A stretch of 63,931 bases of DNA, counting the filler, from Octopus bimaculoides (lineage: Eukaryota): the NCBI RefSeq assembly GCF_001194135.2. It is 6 parts of 5 records of this genome, joined end to end, with 100 filler letters (N's around TTAATTAATTAA, not from the genome) between each part and the next. Parts side by side here need not be neighbours in the genome. Positions count along the whole stretch, not along the records: positions 11,094 to 33,909 come from NC_069002.1; positions 34,010 to 43,155 come from NC_068995.1; 4 more parts are not named here. One strand, written 5' to 3'. The first letter of the stretch is position 1. Each line of letters starts with the position of its first letter. Of the stretch, positions 26,627-40,059 are shown piece by piece. Both the position numbers and the translations under genes were made by a program. The notes below the pieces were generated by a model, which did not search any database, was not told the DNA's origin, and saw nothing but the letters and a program-made list of their open reading frames with translations.

Positions 26627-26770
26627 GTGTTTGCGTGTATATACATATATATATATATATAGGCCAACAGGTCTTGGGATCTGACGATATGCCATAAGGT
26701 TAAACCCTTTATGGACAGGAAACCCAGGGTATATATATATAGATATATATATATACATACACACACCTCT

Positions 26771-26812
<42 letters not shown>

Positions 26813-27726
26813 ATGGAAGACAAGAATCAGTAAGGGCCAAATTACCTTGTGACATCTTATTTGCCTTTACACTCCAGTTATGTCCCTTCATGCTTCAGTT
26901 ATTCATTTCCCTTTCCCCTAGAAGATGTGAGTAACCATGCAGATCCTCTACAACTACCTGCACTTCCCCCTACCACCACCACCACCACCACATTCTCATA
27001 GTTCCAGCCCTTCATCCACGAGCTACATGGTGACCTCAATAGTACAGGTAGCATGAAAAAGGCACCCCGTCTTCACTGTAAAGTGGTTGGCATTCGGAAG
27101 GACACCCAGGCATAGAAACCCTACCAAAACAAACATTGGAACACAATGTTGTCCTTGGATACATTGGATCCTGACAAATCGCCCAACCCATGCCAGCATG
27201 GTACACGGACGTTAAAGGATGATGATGCGTAGCTCCTTTGCCTCTCCTCCTTCTGAGGCCAATAGAAAATTAAAAACAGATGAAATACTGGAATCAATGT
27301 AATTGATTGAAACAATAAAATGCATTGCTCCAGCAAGGCCATGGTCCATTGACTGAAACCAATAAAAGAATCTGTCCAATGTTACAGCTTTGAATATAAA
27401 ACTTGTTCATTCTTGCAAAAAGTTACCCTTTTTGTTCTTAACCAATATCACTTCACCTTGTTTACCCCCACCAGTTTATCTGTCCTGGGTACCAAGCACA
27501 ACACAAGTAATAGTAGTAGTAGTAGTGGTGGTGGCAGAAGCAGTGTTCCAATGTTTGTTTTGGTAGGGTTTCTATGCCTGGGTGTCCTTCCAAATGCCAA
27601 CCACTTTACAGTGAAGATAGGTTGCCTTTTTCATGCTACCTCTACTATTGAGGTCGCCATGTAGCTTATAGAACTTGAAACTCTGGGAGGAAATGGGGCA
27701 GCGGATTCTTCTTCTTATTATTATTA

Positions 27727-27766
<40 letters not shown>

Positions 27767-27938
27767 CAAATTAATTCTTCCTTTAATCAAAGACAGTGAT
27801 TAAGACTGAGAATTAACTTCAGTTTCTGTAGTGTTCCATAGATAAGAGCTAAATCTTTTCCTTGGTTGGGACACCAGCCTTTTAACGAGCAGGGCCTCTG
27901 TTGGTTAATGTTGCACATGCATCTGCACATTGCACATT

Positions 27939-27975
<37 letters not shown>

Positions 27976-28619
27976 TAGTAATAGTGGTGGTGGTAGTAGT
28001 AATAGTAGTAGTTTTCACTTAACAGAGTGCGTTTCAAGGGAGATTTAAAAGTTATTTCGAACAGGTTGCCCAACCAGTTGTCTGCAGACCTGTACAATGT
28101 GGGGGCAGGTGGTGGTAAGGGTAAGGGCTTAGTGGTCAGTGAGCTGTGTTTGAAATTCTAAAAGGCTCCAACGCTTTTCATGTAATTACTCAATTACTCG
28201 TGTAACTTTTAATTGAGAGATGAAACTGGGGGATTGTTTGTTGCTGTTAATTGATAAAACTGGTTTATTGAATAAATAGACTTTTCAAAAGACTAGGGTC
28301 TGTGTGGTGGGGGAGGAGGAGGAGGAAAATTCATTTGAATCTAAAAAGGGGGTTTTGGGTAGTGAAAATGTTGGGGGTCACTGATGTTGAAGGTTTTTTG
28401 TTGGCTTCAATAAGTGCAGTTATTCATGATAGTGTGGCTATTGCTGCTGGAATTGGTGGCAGCTGTTGGTGCTGCTGTCGCTGCTGTAGTGTGGCAGCTG
28501 CTGTCGGTGACAGTGGTGGTTGCTGCATACATCAATACCAGACCAACTGATGCCTTGTGAGAGAATTTGATAGTCAGAAACTGCAAGGAAGCCCATCATG
28601 TGAATATGTGAGGGGTGGG

Positions 28620-31600
28620 TTGTGCTTCCCTCACCACCACTTGTCAACTGGTGCTGGTTTGTTTACATCCACTTTAACTTTATAGTTCAGACTGGTAGAA
28701 TAAGTGTCAGACTTGACAACTTAAAATCCTGAGGTCAGTTTATTTGATTAAACCTTTCATGTCGCATGGCCACAGTCCAAAGATTGAAACAAGTAAAAGA
28801 TAAACGATATATGTACAGACAAACCACATGGTTCTGGGTTCAGTCCCACTGCATGGCACCTTGGGCAAGTGTCTTCTACTATAGCCTCAGGCTGAACAAA
28901 GCCTTGCAAGTAGATTTGGTAGATGGAAACTGAAAGAAGCCTATCATGTGTGTGTGTGTGTCTTTGTGTTTGTCCCCCACTCTGCTGCTTGACAACCAGT
29001 GTTGGTATGTTTACATCTCTGTAACTTAGCAGTTCGGCAAAATAGATCAACAGAATAAGTACTAGGCTTAAAAAACACAAATCTTGGGGTTGATTTCTTC
29101 GACTAAAGCCCTTCAAGGTGGTGCTCCAGCATGGCCACAGTCAAATACCTGAAACAATTAAAAGAATAAAAGAAAGGCTTGAGGAAGACTGACAGTTGCC
29201 CTTGCATATTTATTGATTGAATTGACCCCAGTATATGACCAGTACTCATACCGTTGACCCCTTTGAGTTGATTCTGCTAGAGTCGGCACCCTCCATAATA
29301 GTTTCTGATTTCAGCACAAGGTCAGTGATTTTGTGTGGTGAGGACTGACCAATGCCACTCTCTATAGAATGGCATTCCTTTTATCCTTTATCATTCAAAC
29401 CGACCATAACCAGCCAAAATATTCTGCTTCTTCTATGTTGAAACTGGCTGGATCTGACATTTCACACCTACCCTACAATGTGACAGTAAAAATAAACAAA
29501 TCACATCATTAAAATCTCCAAAGCTCTGAGATAATGTATGATTATTTCAAAACAATGTGAATAATTAAGCATTAGATCTGATCGAGTAATCCAAGTTATT
29601 TAATGTTAATCCTTACCCAACTCGGTGTAGATTCTGTCCATGAAGTCTGTTACTGTGCTGGAGGAATGAACCAGTTCTTTTGCATATCACTTATAGAAAT
29701 TAGTAAAATTAACAAACTTCATTAATTCATTAGATACATCAAGTTATGAAAATGTTCAGTTTTGCACTTAGAGACAAATGATTACAACTGCTTGTAATAA
29801 TTACATGTTAAAACCCTCAATGAAGCCAGATAACGGGATTATGAATATCGAAGATTAAATATCTGAGAGAATATTTAAGTATTATCTAATGCTTAAAGTA
29901 GATTTATTGCTTGCTAAACGATTACTTTAGAATCCAATGAAGACAGTTGCTTGACTCAAGGAACAAGACTTCATTAAATCATAATTGTCTTTAAGTGTTT
30001 TCTGGCACCACTCTGCAATTAATCCAGCTTGGTAAATCTAGTTTATTGTCTATTTATGGCCGCTGTAAACTAATAAAATATTTTGCATCATCTGAACGAA
30101 CTATTTATCGGTTTATGTGTCTTCCAGTCTTTTCATCTTTAATTTGTGGCAATTTCAGAAATGTGGAGGTAATGGGTCTTTTACTGACACAAGCTTCCCT
30201 ACACCATATTTTGTCCAGTTGAATTAATTCTTTCGTTAATGAGGGGTGGTGGTAGGGGTGAGGATTAGCTTTGGTTTCCATAGCGTTAATTAGATAAGTA
30301 GATAAGAACTACAAATCTCTCGTGGCTTGGACCCTGGCCTCTTTACAAGAAGAGCCTCTGTCCGATAGTGATACTCATGCATCTGTACATATGTGGCTAA
30401 GTATAGGGGTTAGAAAGCTTGTTTTGCAACCATGTAGTTTCAGGTTCAGTCCTACTGCACGGTACCTTGGGCAAGTATCTTCTACTATAGCCCCAGGCCA
30501 ACCGATACCATGTGAGACAGAAACTGTGTAGAAACCTGTCGAGTATGTGTGTGTGTGTATAAGTGTGGGGAGAGGGATGTTTGTGGTGTCCCTTACTACT
30601 ACTTGTCAGCTGATGTTGGTTTGTTCACATCCCCTTAACTTAGCAGTTCAGTGAAAGAGATTGGTAGAATAAGTGTCAGACTTAACAACTTAAAATCCTG
30701 AGGTCAGTTTATTTGATTAAACTTTCATGTCACATGGCCACAGTCCAATAACTGAAAAAAGTAAAAGATAACATATATGTACAGACGAACCACATGGTTC
30801 CGGGTTCGGTCCCACTGTGTGGCACCTTGGGCAAGTGTCTTCTACTATAGCCTCAAGCTGTGAACAAAGCCTTGCAAGTGGATTTGGTAGACAGAAACTG
30901 AAAGAAGTTCATTGTATGTGTGTGTGTATCTATGTGTTTGACATCCGGTGTTGGTGTGTTTATATCCCCATAGCTCAGTGGTTCAGAAAAAGAGACTGGT
31001 AGAATAATTACTAGGCTTTAAAAAATATGTCCTGGGGTCAATTTGTTTGACTAAAACCCTTCAAGGCAGTGCCCCAGCATAGCCGTTGTCAAATTACTGA
31101 AACAAGTTGACAAATAAAAGAACAAACATTGCCAAGATTTTTTCAGGAAGACTGGCAGTTGCATTTACTTTGAAAGTCTCCTGTCTCTTCACAATGCTGA
31201 TTTGAACCAATAAAGCTTGGCACCAGTATCGATGCAGACATCACTGCCAGAGCACAACATCCTGGACCAGATACCAGAAGGCATCTTTCCAACCTTCTTA
31301 CTGCCCCACTAATGCATTGTCCTGGGCTGGCCTTTTTTGCTATTGACCCCAAAAGAATGAAAGGCAAACATGACTTTGGTAGGATCTGAAGTCAGAGCAC
31401 AGAAAGTTAGAATAAATGCCATAAAACATTCTATCAAAATAGAATTAAGAGGTCCTTTTTTTTTTTTTTTTTTTTTTTTTTTTCTAGTTCTTGTAATTCT
31501 TGCAGTGGATTTGAACTTATACTCCAAGAAATCTAGCCAATATTAATTTCATGTAAAGTTAATCGGTAAAGAAAAAAAAAGAAAAGAAAAAAAGGGTATT

Positions 31601-32770
31601 TATCATTTTACGCAAGTCTGCTTTTAGAAACAGACTCTGCAACAAAATGTCATTGAAAGAATTAATTGCACTGATTTAATTACAAACAAAATCATCATCA
31701 TTGTTGTCATCGTCGTTTTGGTGTCTACTTTTCCATGGGGTGCAGGATTTTCCTGATGCCAACTTTCATTTGTTTTCCAAGCAAAGTAATATTTCTCCCT
31801 GGCCAAAATTGTTCCCATGGAATATTGGAAGCAAACAACACAGCTTGTCTGATAATTTCTCGTTTACAATTTTCGCACATTGCCAAAACCAACACACACA
31901 CACACACACACACAGAGGCATATGCATGGCTCTGTAGTAAGAAGTTTGCTTCCCAGCCACAAGGTTTCAAGATCAGTCCCACTGCATGCCACATTGAGCA
32001 ATTGTCTTCTACTATAGCCCCAGGCGCTGACTAAAAGCCTTGTGAGTGGATTTGGAAGATGGAAACTAAAACAGTCCCAGTGTGTGTGTCCCTGACCCCC
32101 CCCTTCTCTCTCTCTCTCTCTCTCTTCATACATATTGTGTGTTTGTGTGTTACTCTCTCCTTGCCTTTGTTTTCATGTGTTAGTTGTAAACAAGTGTCCC
32201 TGTCATGTAAGTGGTGTCCTTTATTTACAATCTTCTGTGAAAAACATGTTTGGGCATGGGGGGCGGGGAATAGAATAACCCAAGTTGAAAACAGGTGAGA
32301 GTTAGCAACAGGAGGGACAAAGAAAATCTGTCTTGACAAAAATATGACAAACTTTTTTCCCAATTTTGCCTCTGAAATCCATTCACAAGACTTTGGTCAG
32401 CCCATGGCTATAGTAGAAAATACTAGCCCAAGGTGCCACACAGTGGGACTGAACCCAGAACCATGTGGTTGGGAAGAAGCAACCTTAACCCAACCAAGCC
32501 CATGCCATATATTTTGGTAATAATATTTCAGAGTATCAAAATGTGGCAAGCTGGCAGAATCATTTCGTTAGCTTGCTGGACAAAATACTTAGCAGCATTT
32601 CATCTGTCTTTATGTTCAGAGTTCAAATTCCAACAAGATCAACTTTGCCTTTCATCCTTTCAGGGTCAAAAAAAAAAAAAAAAAAAAAACAGTTGAGCAC
32701 TGGGGTTGATGTAATCGACTTACCCCCTCCCCTGACATTGCTGGCCCTGTGCCAAAATTTGAAACCAATA
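28620..32770. mobile_element. Dense cluster of tRNA-head SINEs (family with ccttgggcaagtgtcttctactatagcc, a (TG)n insert and an aaga tail), plus a Meta-like SINE at about 32545-32770
   Basis: Copies at about 28620-29160, 30400-31120, 31915-32080 and 32360-32510. More copies at about 21500-21690, 34060-34330, 46150-46560, 48620-48750, 50730-50870 and 60420-60565. Confidence 0.75.
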
Positions 32771-35700
32771 TTTCAGGATATCAAACAAATGACCAGGTGC
32801 CTATTGATACTGATTTCCATTACTGCTGCATAGCAATCCCGGTTCTACCATTTACATCTTTTGTTCCACAAATGCTGTCTCTAATTTACTCTTTTATTCC
32901 TCAATCTATGACAATATCCTTCACGCAGCCGTTTAGAAATTTTATTTAGATAAGATTTCAACCTGATTTAGTGATTCTTGTACTCAAATATTTAGAGAAG
33001 CATTGGGTGGAGTTAAATGTGATTAAAATCTTTTGAGCTTTTCTTCTGAAGTTATTTCAGAAAGTTTGATAAAAAAAAATTCCTCGGCTCCTTCTTGACT
33101 GCTTTCTTAAACCGAGAGATAAATGTAATTTAATGATAAAACTGCAGAAAACGACAGTAGAGTAAACTGCGTAAAAATACTTGTTGGTTGATATCAGCGC
33201 TTGGTAATAGGAAAATAATTTTTTAAAAGAAATAAAATACAACCCAATTATTGGTAAATGATGCTAGTCAGCTTGGGAGCCAAACTGGTGATAAAAGAAA
33301 TCAGGACCTTAAATCAAATACCTTTTTTTTTTTTTGTTTATTTTTGAAATATAGGAACGTTTGCCCTAACGACACAGCTGATATTTAGTCATTTGATCTG
33401 CTAAAAATAGCAACTAATCTCCTGCAAATCAATAACCTGCTATCTTAAGAAAAAAAAAAGACGAAAGGATATATAAGATAAAAGGAAAGGATACATGAGA
33501 TTAAAAGGAAGGATGTAGAGGATAAAATGGAAGGATGCATTAAATGAAAAGGAAGGATATATAAGAAAATGGAAGGATGCATTAGATGATGTAGTTGTAG
33601 ATAATGTAGCTATATATATATATATATATATATATCATCATCATCATCATCGTCGTTTAACGTCCGCTTTCCATGCTAGCATGGGTTGGACGATTTGACT
33701 GAGGACTGGTGAAACCGGATGGCAACACCAGGCTCCAATCTAATTTGGCAGAGTTTCTACAGCTGGATGCCCTTCCTAATGCCAACCACTCAGAGTGTAG
33801 TGGGTGCTTTTACGTGTCACCCGCACGAAAACGGCCACGCTCGAAATGGTGTCTTTTATGTGCCACCCGCACAAGAGCCAGTCCAGGGGCACTGGCAACG
33901 ATCTTGCTCNNNNNNNNNNNNNNNNNNNNNNNNNNNNNNNNNNNNNNNNNNNNTTAATTAATTAANNNNNNNNNNNNNNNNNNNNNNNNNNNNNNNNNNN
34001 NNNNNNNNNTATATATTTATATATATATATGTATATATGTATATACATATATACATATATATACATATATATGTGTGTTTTTTTGCGTATGTGCGTCTGA
34101 ATGTGTAAGTGTTGGTGTCTTTGTGTCTGTGTTTATCCCCAGCCAACATGTGACAACTGATGTATTTACAATTCAGGACTTTAGTAGTCCGGCACATCAG
34201 ATCGATAGGAAAAATACCGGGCTCTAGAAAAACATAAGAACTTGTCGCTTCGATCGACTACAGTTCTTCAAGTCGGTGCCCCAGTGCTCTCCACAGCCTA
34301 ATGGTTGAAAGAACTGAAAGATGCAAGATAAAAGATAAGAGATATTGATGTGTGTGTATGCATATATGCACGGGAGTGAATGTGCGTGCGCACGTGTGTG
34401 TGTGTGTATGTGTGTGTGTGTGTTTGTTTGCGTGCGTGTTTGTGTGTGTGTGTGTGTACAGACACTAATTGACAATCTGTGGAAATTATTAGGATATTAC
34501 GTGAAGTAGCAATTCACTAATCTTCCTGAATGTAATCACAAAGCCAACACTGTCCACTGTACTGTTGCTAAACCAATACACCTCCACCCTTCTCAAAGTC
34601 AACATCATTAAACGATGCATAGTAACTTGGTTTCCAATTTCATATGCCAAATATTTATTACCATCTAGCCAGGAGGCAGTCTATTATATTAGTCGTCTAG
34701 CACGTATCTACTATTCGGGTAATTGGATATATATCATATCAGAAGGGTCTAATGGAGCGGTCGCTGATTGCGCAAAAAGCAATTCTTCAGAAGTTTCCTT
34801 AAGAAAGAGAAATCTAACAATAACAACCATGAACACTGCTCACACACAAAAAGGCAGAAATGAGGGTGGCATTTACTAAAATATAAACAATACCAACAAG
34901 AAATACAAACANNNNNNNNNNNNNNNNNNNNNNNNNNNNNNNNNNNNNNNNNNNNNNNNNNNNNNNNNNNNNNNNNNNNNNNNNNNNNNNNNNNNNNNNN
35001 NNNNNNNNNNNNNNNNNNNNNNNNNNNNNATATATATATATATATATATATATACATACATGCATACATATATATATTCATACATGCTACACATATAAGC
35101 ATACATACATGTATATATCCATGTACACACACACATATGCATATGTATGGTACCTTATATATCCGCAAAGAACGTGTTTATTAAAGTATTATATACGATT
35201 CATTCACTTTAAATCTCAGTCCGACACTTGTTTCTGTTGCATAGACCTCCAAAGATCAGGCAATTAATTGCATGCTGTTGGTTCATGTGCATTATAAGTT
35301 CATCCAGGGTATACCTACCCATGCAGCATTATTAATGATATTACAACTGCATGGTTTTGAAACAAACTGGACAGTTCAGTGCTTGACAGTCTTATTTTAA
35401 TTATAAATTGTGGGAGGAATTATGCTTTTTTTTTTAGTGTAGAAGACAGCAGAGTTTGCTGTGAAATATGATATGGTAATAAAATCTGTTATTATTCAAG
35501 CCTAGGAGTGACTCTTAAGAATTTAAAAAGAGTAGCATGAAGGCAAAATTAGAAGTTGGAGATGCCCTGTCTAGGACAAGATGTATTTTCATCGCAGGCG
35601 ACATAAGATACAAATAGAAAGAACCTTAAAAATAAATACACATTTTAACAAAAATTAAGAGGGTAAGGAACTAAGACTAAGAGTTAAAAAAATTTTTAAA

Positions 35701-36101
35701 GGCCCGGAGATAACGGGTAGATTATTATAATGTAACTTCAGTAAATCAACGATTATAGTATAAGTAGTTCTTCCGAGTACCCTTATGCAAATAATATCTT
35801 ATTTGAGAAATATTGAAAGACGAAAAGAAAAAGAAAACACTCGGTAGTCGGGGAAGCCCTAACTTGCTTTAGATTTGTTTCGTGCATAGCCTACATAGCA
35901 TAAAAGCAGAAAGAACTTTCAAGATAAATAAATTAACATGAACAAAGAGTTAGGAACAGAAGCCCAAAATTTCGTAGATGCAATATAAAGTGGTGAAATC
36001 TAATGTTAGATTACTAAAATCAACAAATTTTGTCTAGCTGATTCATCGGTGTACCCTTATGTAAGTAATAACTTATATATATATATATATATATATATAT
36101 T

Positions 36102-36137
<36 letters not shown>

Positions 36138-36372
36138 TTATGTATATAATATGAATTTACACGATGTTTCCGATAAAAATGTACTGCCCTTTAACCTTGA
36201 ATTCATTTCGATAGCGATTTAGACCTTAGAAATTCTTTTTCAGAACATTGGCTTTCCAAGCACGTAGAGCTATATATAACAGCATATAAATAAGGGGTTA
36301 AAGGATCCTTCGAAATGAAATAGTCAAACGCTTACCGCCATACGCAACCCCAGATCGATAGACACGAGCCTT

Positions 36373-36489
36373 TTATCACTGGAGCAAAGCAATCCTTCGA
36401 ATAACTCTATCGACGTCATAAACGTTTATTCCTGTCCGTGAGAATTTGATGTTGCTGATGCCATAGTAATATATGAACGTCAAGAGGAA
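36373..36489 (-). other. Candidate terminal coding exon of an unidentified gene (FLLTFIYYYGISNIKFSRTGINVYDVDRVIRRIALLQ, then TGA TAA)
   Basis: Acceptor caaaaattgtttcag, non-repetitive sequence and a double stop. No homology recognised; boundaries approximate. Confidence 0.3.
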
Positions 36490-36655
36490 CTGAAACAATT
36501 TTTGTTTATTTATTTATTTTGTGTTATTATTATTATTATTATTGTTGTTGCATTTGTGGTTGTTATTGTTGCTGTTGTTCAACATTTGTAGTTACAAGCA
36601 AATTACTGCTACATCACCTGCTACATCTGTGTTACTGGTGTGTGTTCTTCTTCTT

Positions 36656-36721
<66 letters not shown>

Positions 36722-37273
36722 GAGTGAGAGAGCAGTGCATGTCATCAAAGTGACACGGATAAAATATACGAAGCCCATTATACCCATCTTGGCTACCCCT
36801 CTGATAAAGGTACACCAGGCACATGCATCACAACCATATGTGCGCGACAATGTGGTCTCATATCAAAATAAACAGCACATGACCTCGCAGGTGGGGCCCA
36901 CTTAGAATTTTCTTCACGTCGAGTAGCCCATGCCGCCCAAAAGGACCCTGAAAAAGGTTTGTTTAAGAATGTTGAACAAAGCACCCATGTTTCCAAAGGT
37001 AAATTATTCAAACCCCAAGTAATTCCTCTCAACAGATGGCTATGATGCTCCCCCACTACTTCTGCTCATGGTCAGAGATGTACATATCGTCAGCCCCCAA
37101 GGGACATGCTCATCTGGTTAAGGTCAAGCAATTGATAAGTAAATCTGTGGTATTAAGCAGAATATTTACTGTAGCCCATCTTTTATACCAAGACAAAACA
37201 ACGTACATGAAAATACTTTCAATCAATAAAGATCAGAAGCCACGAGAGCCACTGCCTGGTACTGCATCCGGGC

Positions 37274-37277
<4 letters not shown>
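36722..37277 (-). mobile_element. Full-length ~560-bp AAT-flanked non-coding element
   Basis: (ATT)n on both sides; five copies in the window. Confidence 0.85.
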
Positions 37278-37330
<53 letters not shown>

Positions 37331-37360
37331 TTTCATCATCATCATCATCATCATCATGTA

Positions 37361-37767
37361 TGGTTTCCTTTCTTTATGACTTTGTTTTAGCTGCCATAGT
37401 ACCAGTCATCCTCCAAAGGCCAACAGTAGTAGCAAGAGCTCTTTTGCTTTACTATGCATGCTAAAATGTTCACCACATTTATTCCATTTTAGACGGAGAG
37501 TGCTTTCCGTAGTTTATGGGCTGTGCCCATCAAGGTTATCTAATATAGTTCACGGAGATTGGAGTTCCCAGACAGTTGCTTATTATACTTTTCAGCTTCC
37601 TTCTTTATCAATTGCAACGCACCAATTAGTGCTGGTATTATCGTAGAACTAAGGTTCCACATTTTTGGATTTCAATTTACAGATCTTTATAGTGAGAAGG
37701 CTTTTCGTATTCCTTTCATGAGACATTTTGATTTTGTGGAACAGGCATATAAACAGACAAGTTCCTC
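37361..37767 (-). mobile_element. R4/Dong-type 3' fragment (family D)
   Basis: MWNLSSTIIPALIGALQLIKKEAEKYNKQLSGNSNLRELY*ITLMGTAHKLRKALSV* (stop at 37489-37491); between microsatellites. Confidence 0.7.
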
Positions 37768-37804
<37 letters not shown>

Positions 37805-37830
37805 GGCGTTGTTGTTGTTGNNNNNNNNNN

Positions 37831-37890
<60 letters not shown>

Positions 37891-39713
37891 CGTTTTACTT
37901 GTCAGAACGCCCTGTCATTTTTGCGCTGGTTGATTCTGGGTAAGCGGACAGCAGCCAGTTGTCAGAGATCTCACAGGATCTCTGTCCGCACATCTGAAGC
38001 GTTCATACTTGTTTGTTAATGATTGTGTAAGACATTCAACATCCATGTACCAATCTTAAAATCCTAGCTGTCCCCCGCAGAGTGGGTTTTGCGGCTTGAT
38101 CTGCTCTCATGTCAATTCTGATTTCCCTGACATATTTTTTAAACTCGGGTCTTAGTGCTCCAAGAGCCCTATAACACCTGGGATGACAGGCACACTCATA
38201 GTCCACACTCTTGCAATTTCGTCTTTTAGTAGTCTGTACTTTTCAAGCGTTTCTAGCTCTTTGTCAGTTATGCGTGCATCCCATGTATTGCAATATTATC
38301 ATTTTGGTTTCCTTTTCTCCTTTATCTGGTTTCCGGGCATGGATTAGGGAGTCACATTGGACTGTTAAATCCCACAGTATCTTCTATTCACTGTTCTCGG
38401 TGACTCCATGTAATTCATGTTCGTAGCATTTCCGTGCTGTGTCCAGGCTGAACTTTTCACATAGATTCCAGTGAACAAACTGAGCCACGTTATAGTGCTT
38501 CCCTTTGTAATGCTTTTGGGCCAGCTCGCTACACTCACTCACAATATGTGAGATTGTTTCGTTTTTGCTGCCACACATGCTTACAAAGAGGTTATTCTCT
38601 GATCCTATATATTTAGAACTTCGTGTAATTAGTTCTCAGAGCTTTTCCTGAGCACTGCATATCAATGCCTCAGAGCATCCTTTCAGATCACTTTTTCTTA
38701 ACCATCTCCAAGTGTTGGTCTTGTCTTTTCCTTCAATTTCTCTGAGGTATTGCCTGTGCAGTAATTTCACTTTCCAATTGTTTATTCTTCCTTCTTCATC
38801 TTGCTTCTTAAATGTTTGTGGGTGCATCGTATTTTTGGTAGGTATTATATTGCTAATTCTGACAGCGCCAAGCAAGGATTCACACTGCTGTTTGATGCAC
38901 CATCCGAGACTGCCTTTCTCGTTGACAACACAGATCTTGCCTTCTATGTGGCCTCTCCCTACCATGTTCGTAGGAACTTACAGCCTGTTAACATCACTTT
39001 TCTGGGTGGGGCGGGGTGTAAATCCTTATTAATTGTTATCACTTTTCTGGTTTTCCTGTCCACTTCCTCAAGCTCGTTCTTTGCCCACCTAACAAACCTG
39101 CGCCATTTTTCAATATGGAAATATCCCAGATGTTTATTGCCCTGATTTTTTTTCCATTGAGCCAACTTTCCATAATTGATTTGGTTCTTCTGAGATATTG
39201 TTACCTAACGCTTTCCTTCATTTCACTTTCTTTGATTTTGTCATATTCCAAAATACCCAGATACTTATATTCATCAGTCTCAATAACCTTGATTTTCTCA
39301 CCGTTAGGTACTTATACATCATCGGATCACACTACTTTGCCTTTTTGTATTTTAGGCCCAAATTCTATTCCAGGTGGTGCTATTAAGTTAGACATGGCCT
39401 GGGCTTATACTGGCCGAAACCTATCTGAGTTTTCTAAGATATCCTTACTGAATATTTGCACACTTAAAACTAGACCATTTATTTCACGTTCGGGCTAGCC
39501 AAATATTTTCAAGTCATCCATATATAACAGATGATTTAATTTGCCTGCCCTTTTCAAGGTGTATACCAATGTCAATTTCCGTAGTATCTGCAATGGTGAT
39601 AGGCTATCTCCTTGAAATATGCCTTCTCTTATGTTAATCCTCGCTAAAATGTTTCCACTTGAAGTTAACACTTTATTCCAATTCCTCATTGATCTCGTAA
39701 TAATATTTGACAT
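37891..39713 (-). mobile_element. 5'-truncated R4/Dong-clade non-LTR retrotransposon (RT C-terminal half, CCHC knuckle, RLE endonuclease), pseudogenised
   Basis: GIFQGDSLSP and LNHLLYMDDLKIF (RT); C..CGSKNETISHIVSEC (CCHC); downstream RLE-like VIGALG and ILR C-terminus. Frameshifts and stops present; (TTA)n arrays at both ends. Confidence 0.92.
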
Positions 39714-39753
39714 TATTATTATTATTATTATTCTTATTATTCTTATTCTTCTT

Positions 39754-39784
<31 letters not shown>

Positions 39785-40059
39785 TTATTATTATTATTAT
39801 TAAGGCGGTGAGCTGGGGGAATTGTTAGCACGCCAGGCAAAATGCTTAGCGGCATTTCGCCCGTCCTTATATTCCGAGTTCAAATTCTGTTGAGGTAGAC
39901 TTTGCCTTTCATCCTTTAGGGATGAGATGCTTCCTTTGCATGATTTGTGTGATACTCATCATATGGATACCTCGGAAATTGACATTGGGATACACCTTGA
40001 GAAGTGTAGGTAAATTAGAAATCATTTAAAGAACCTATGAAGATACACACACACTTTAT

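Noticed and set aside
37215-37277. HDV-like or hammerhead ribozyme at the fixed 5' end of the 560-bp element
   Set aside because: Could not build the P1/P3/P1.1 pairing or a CUGANGA...GAAA core by hand.
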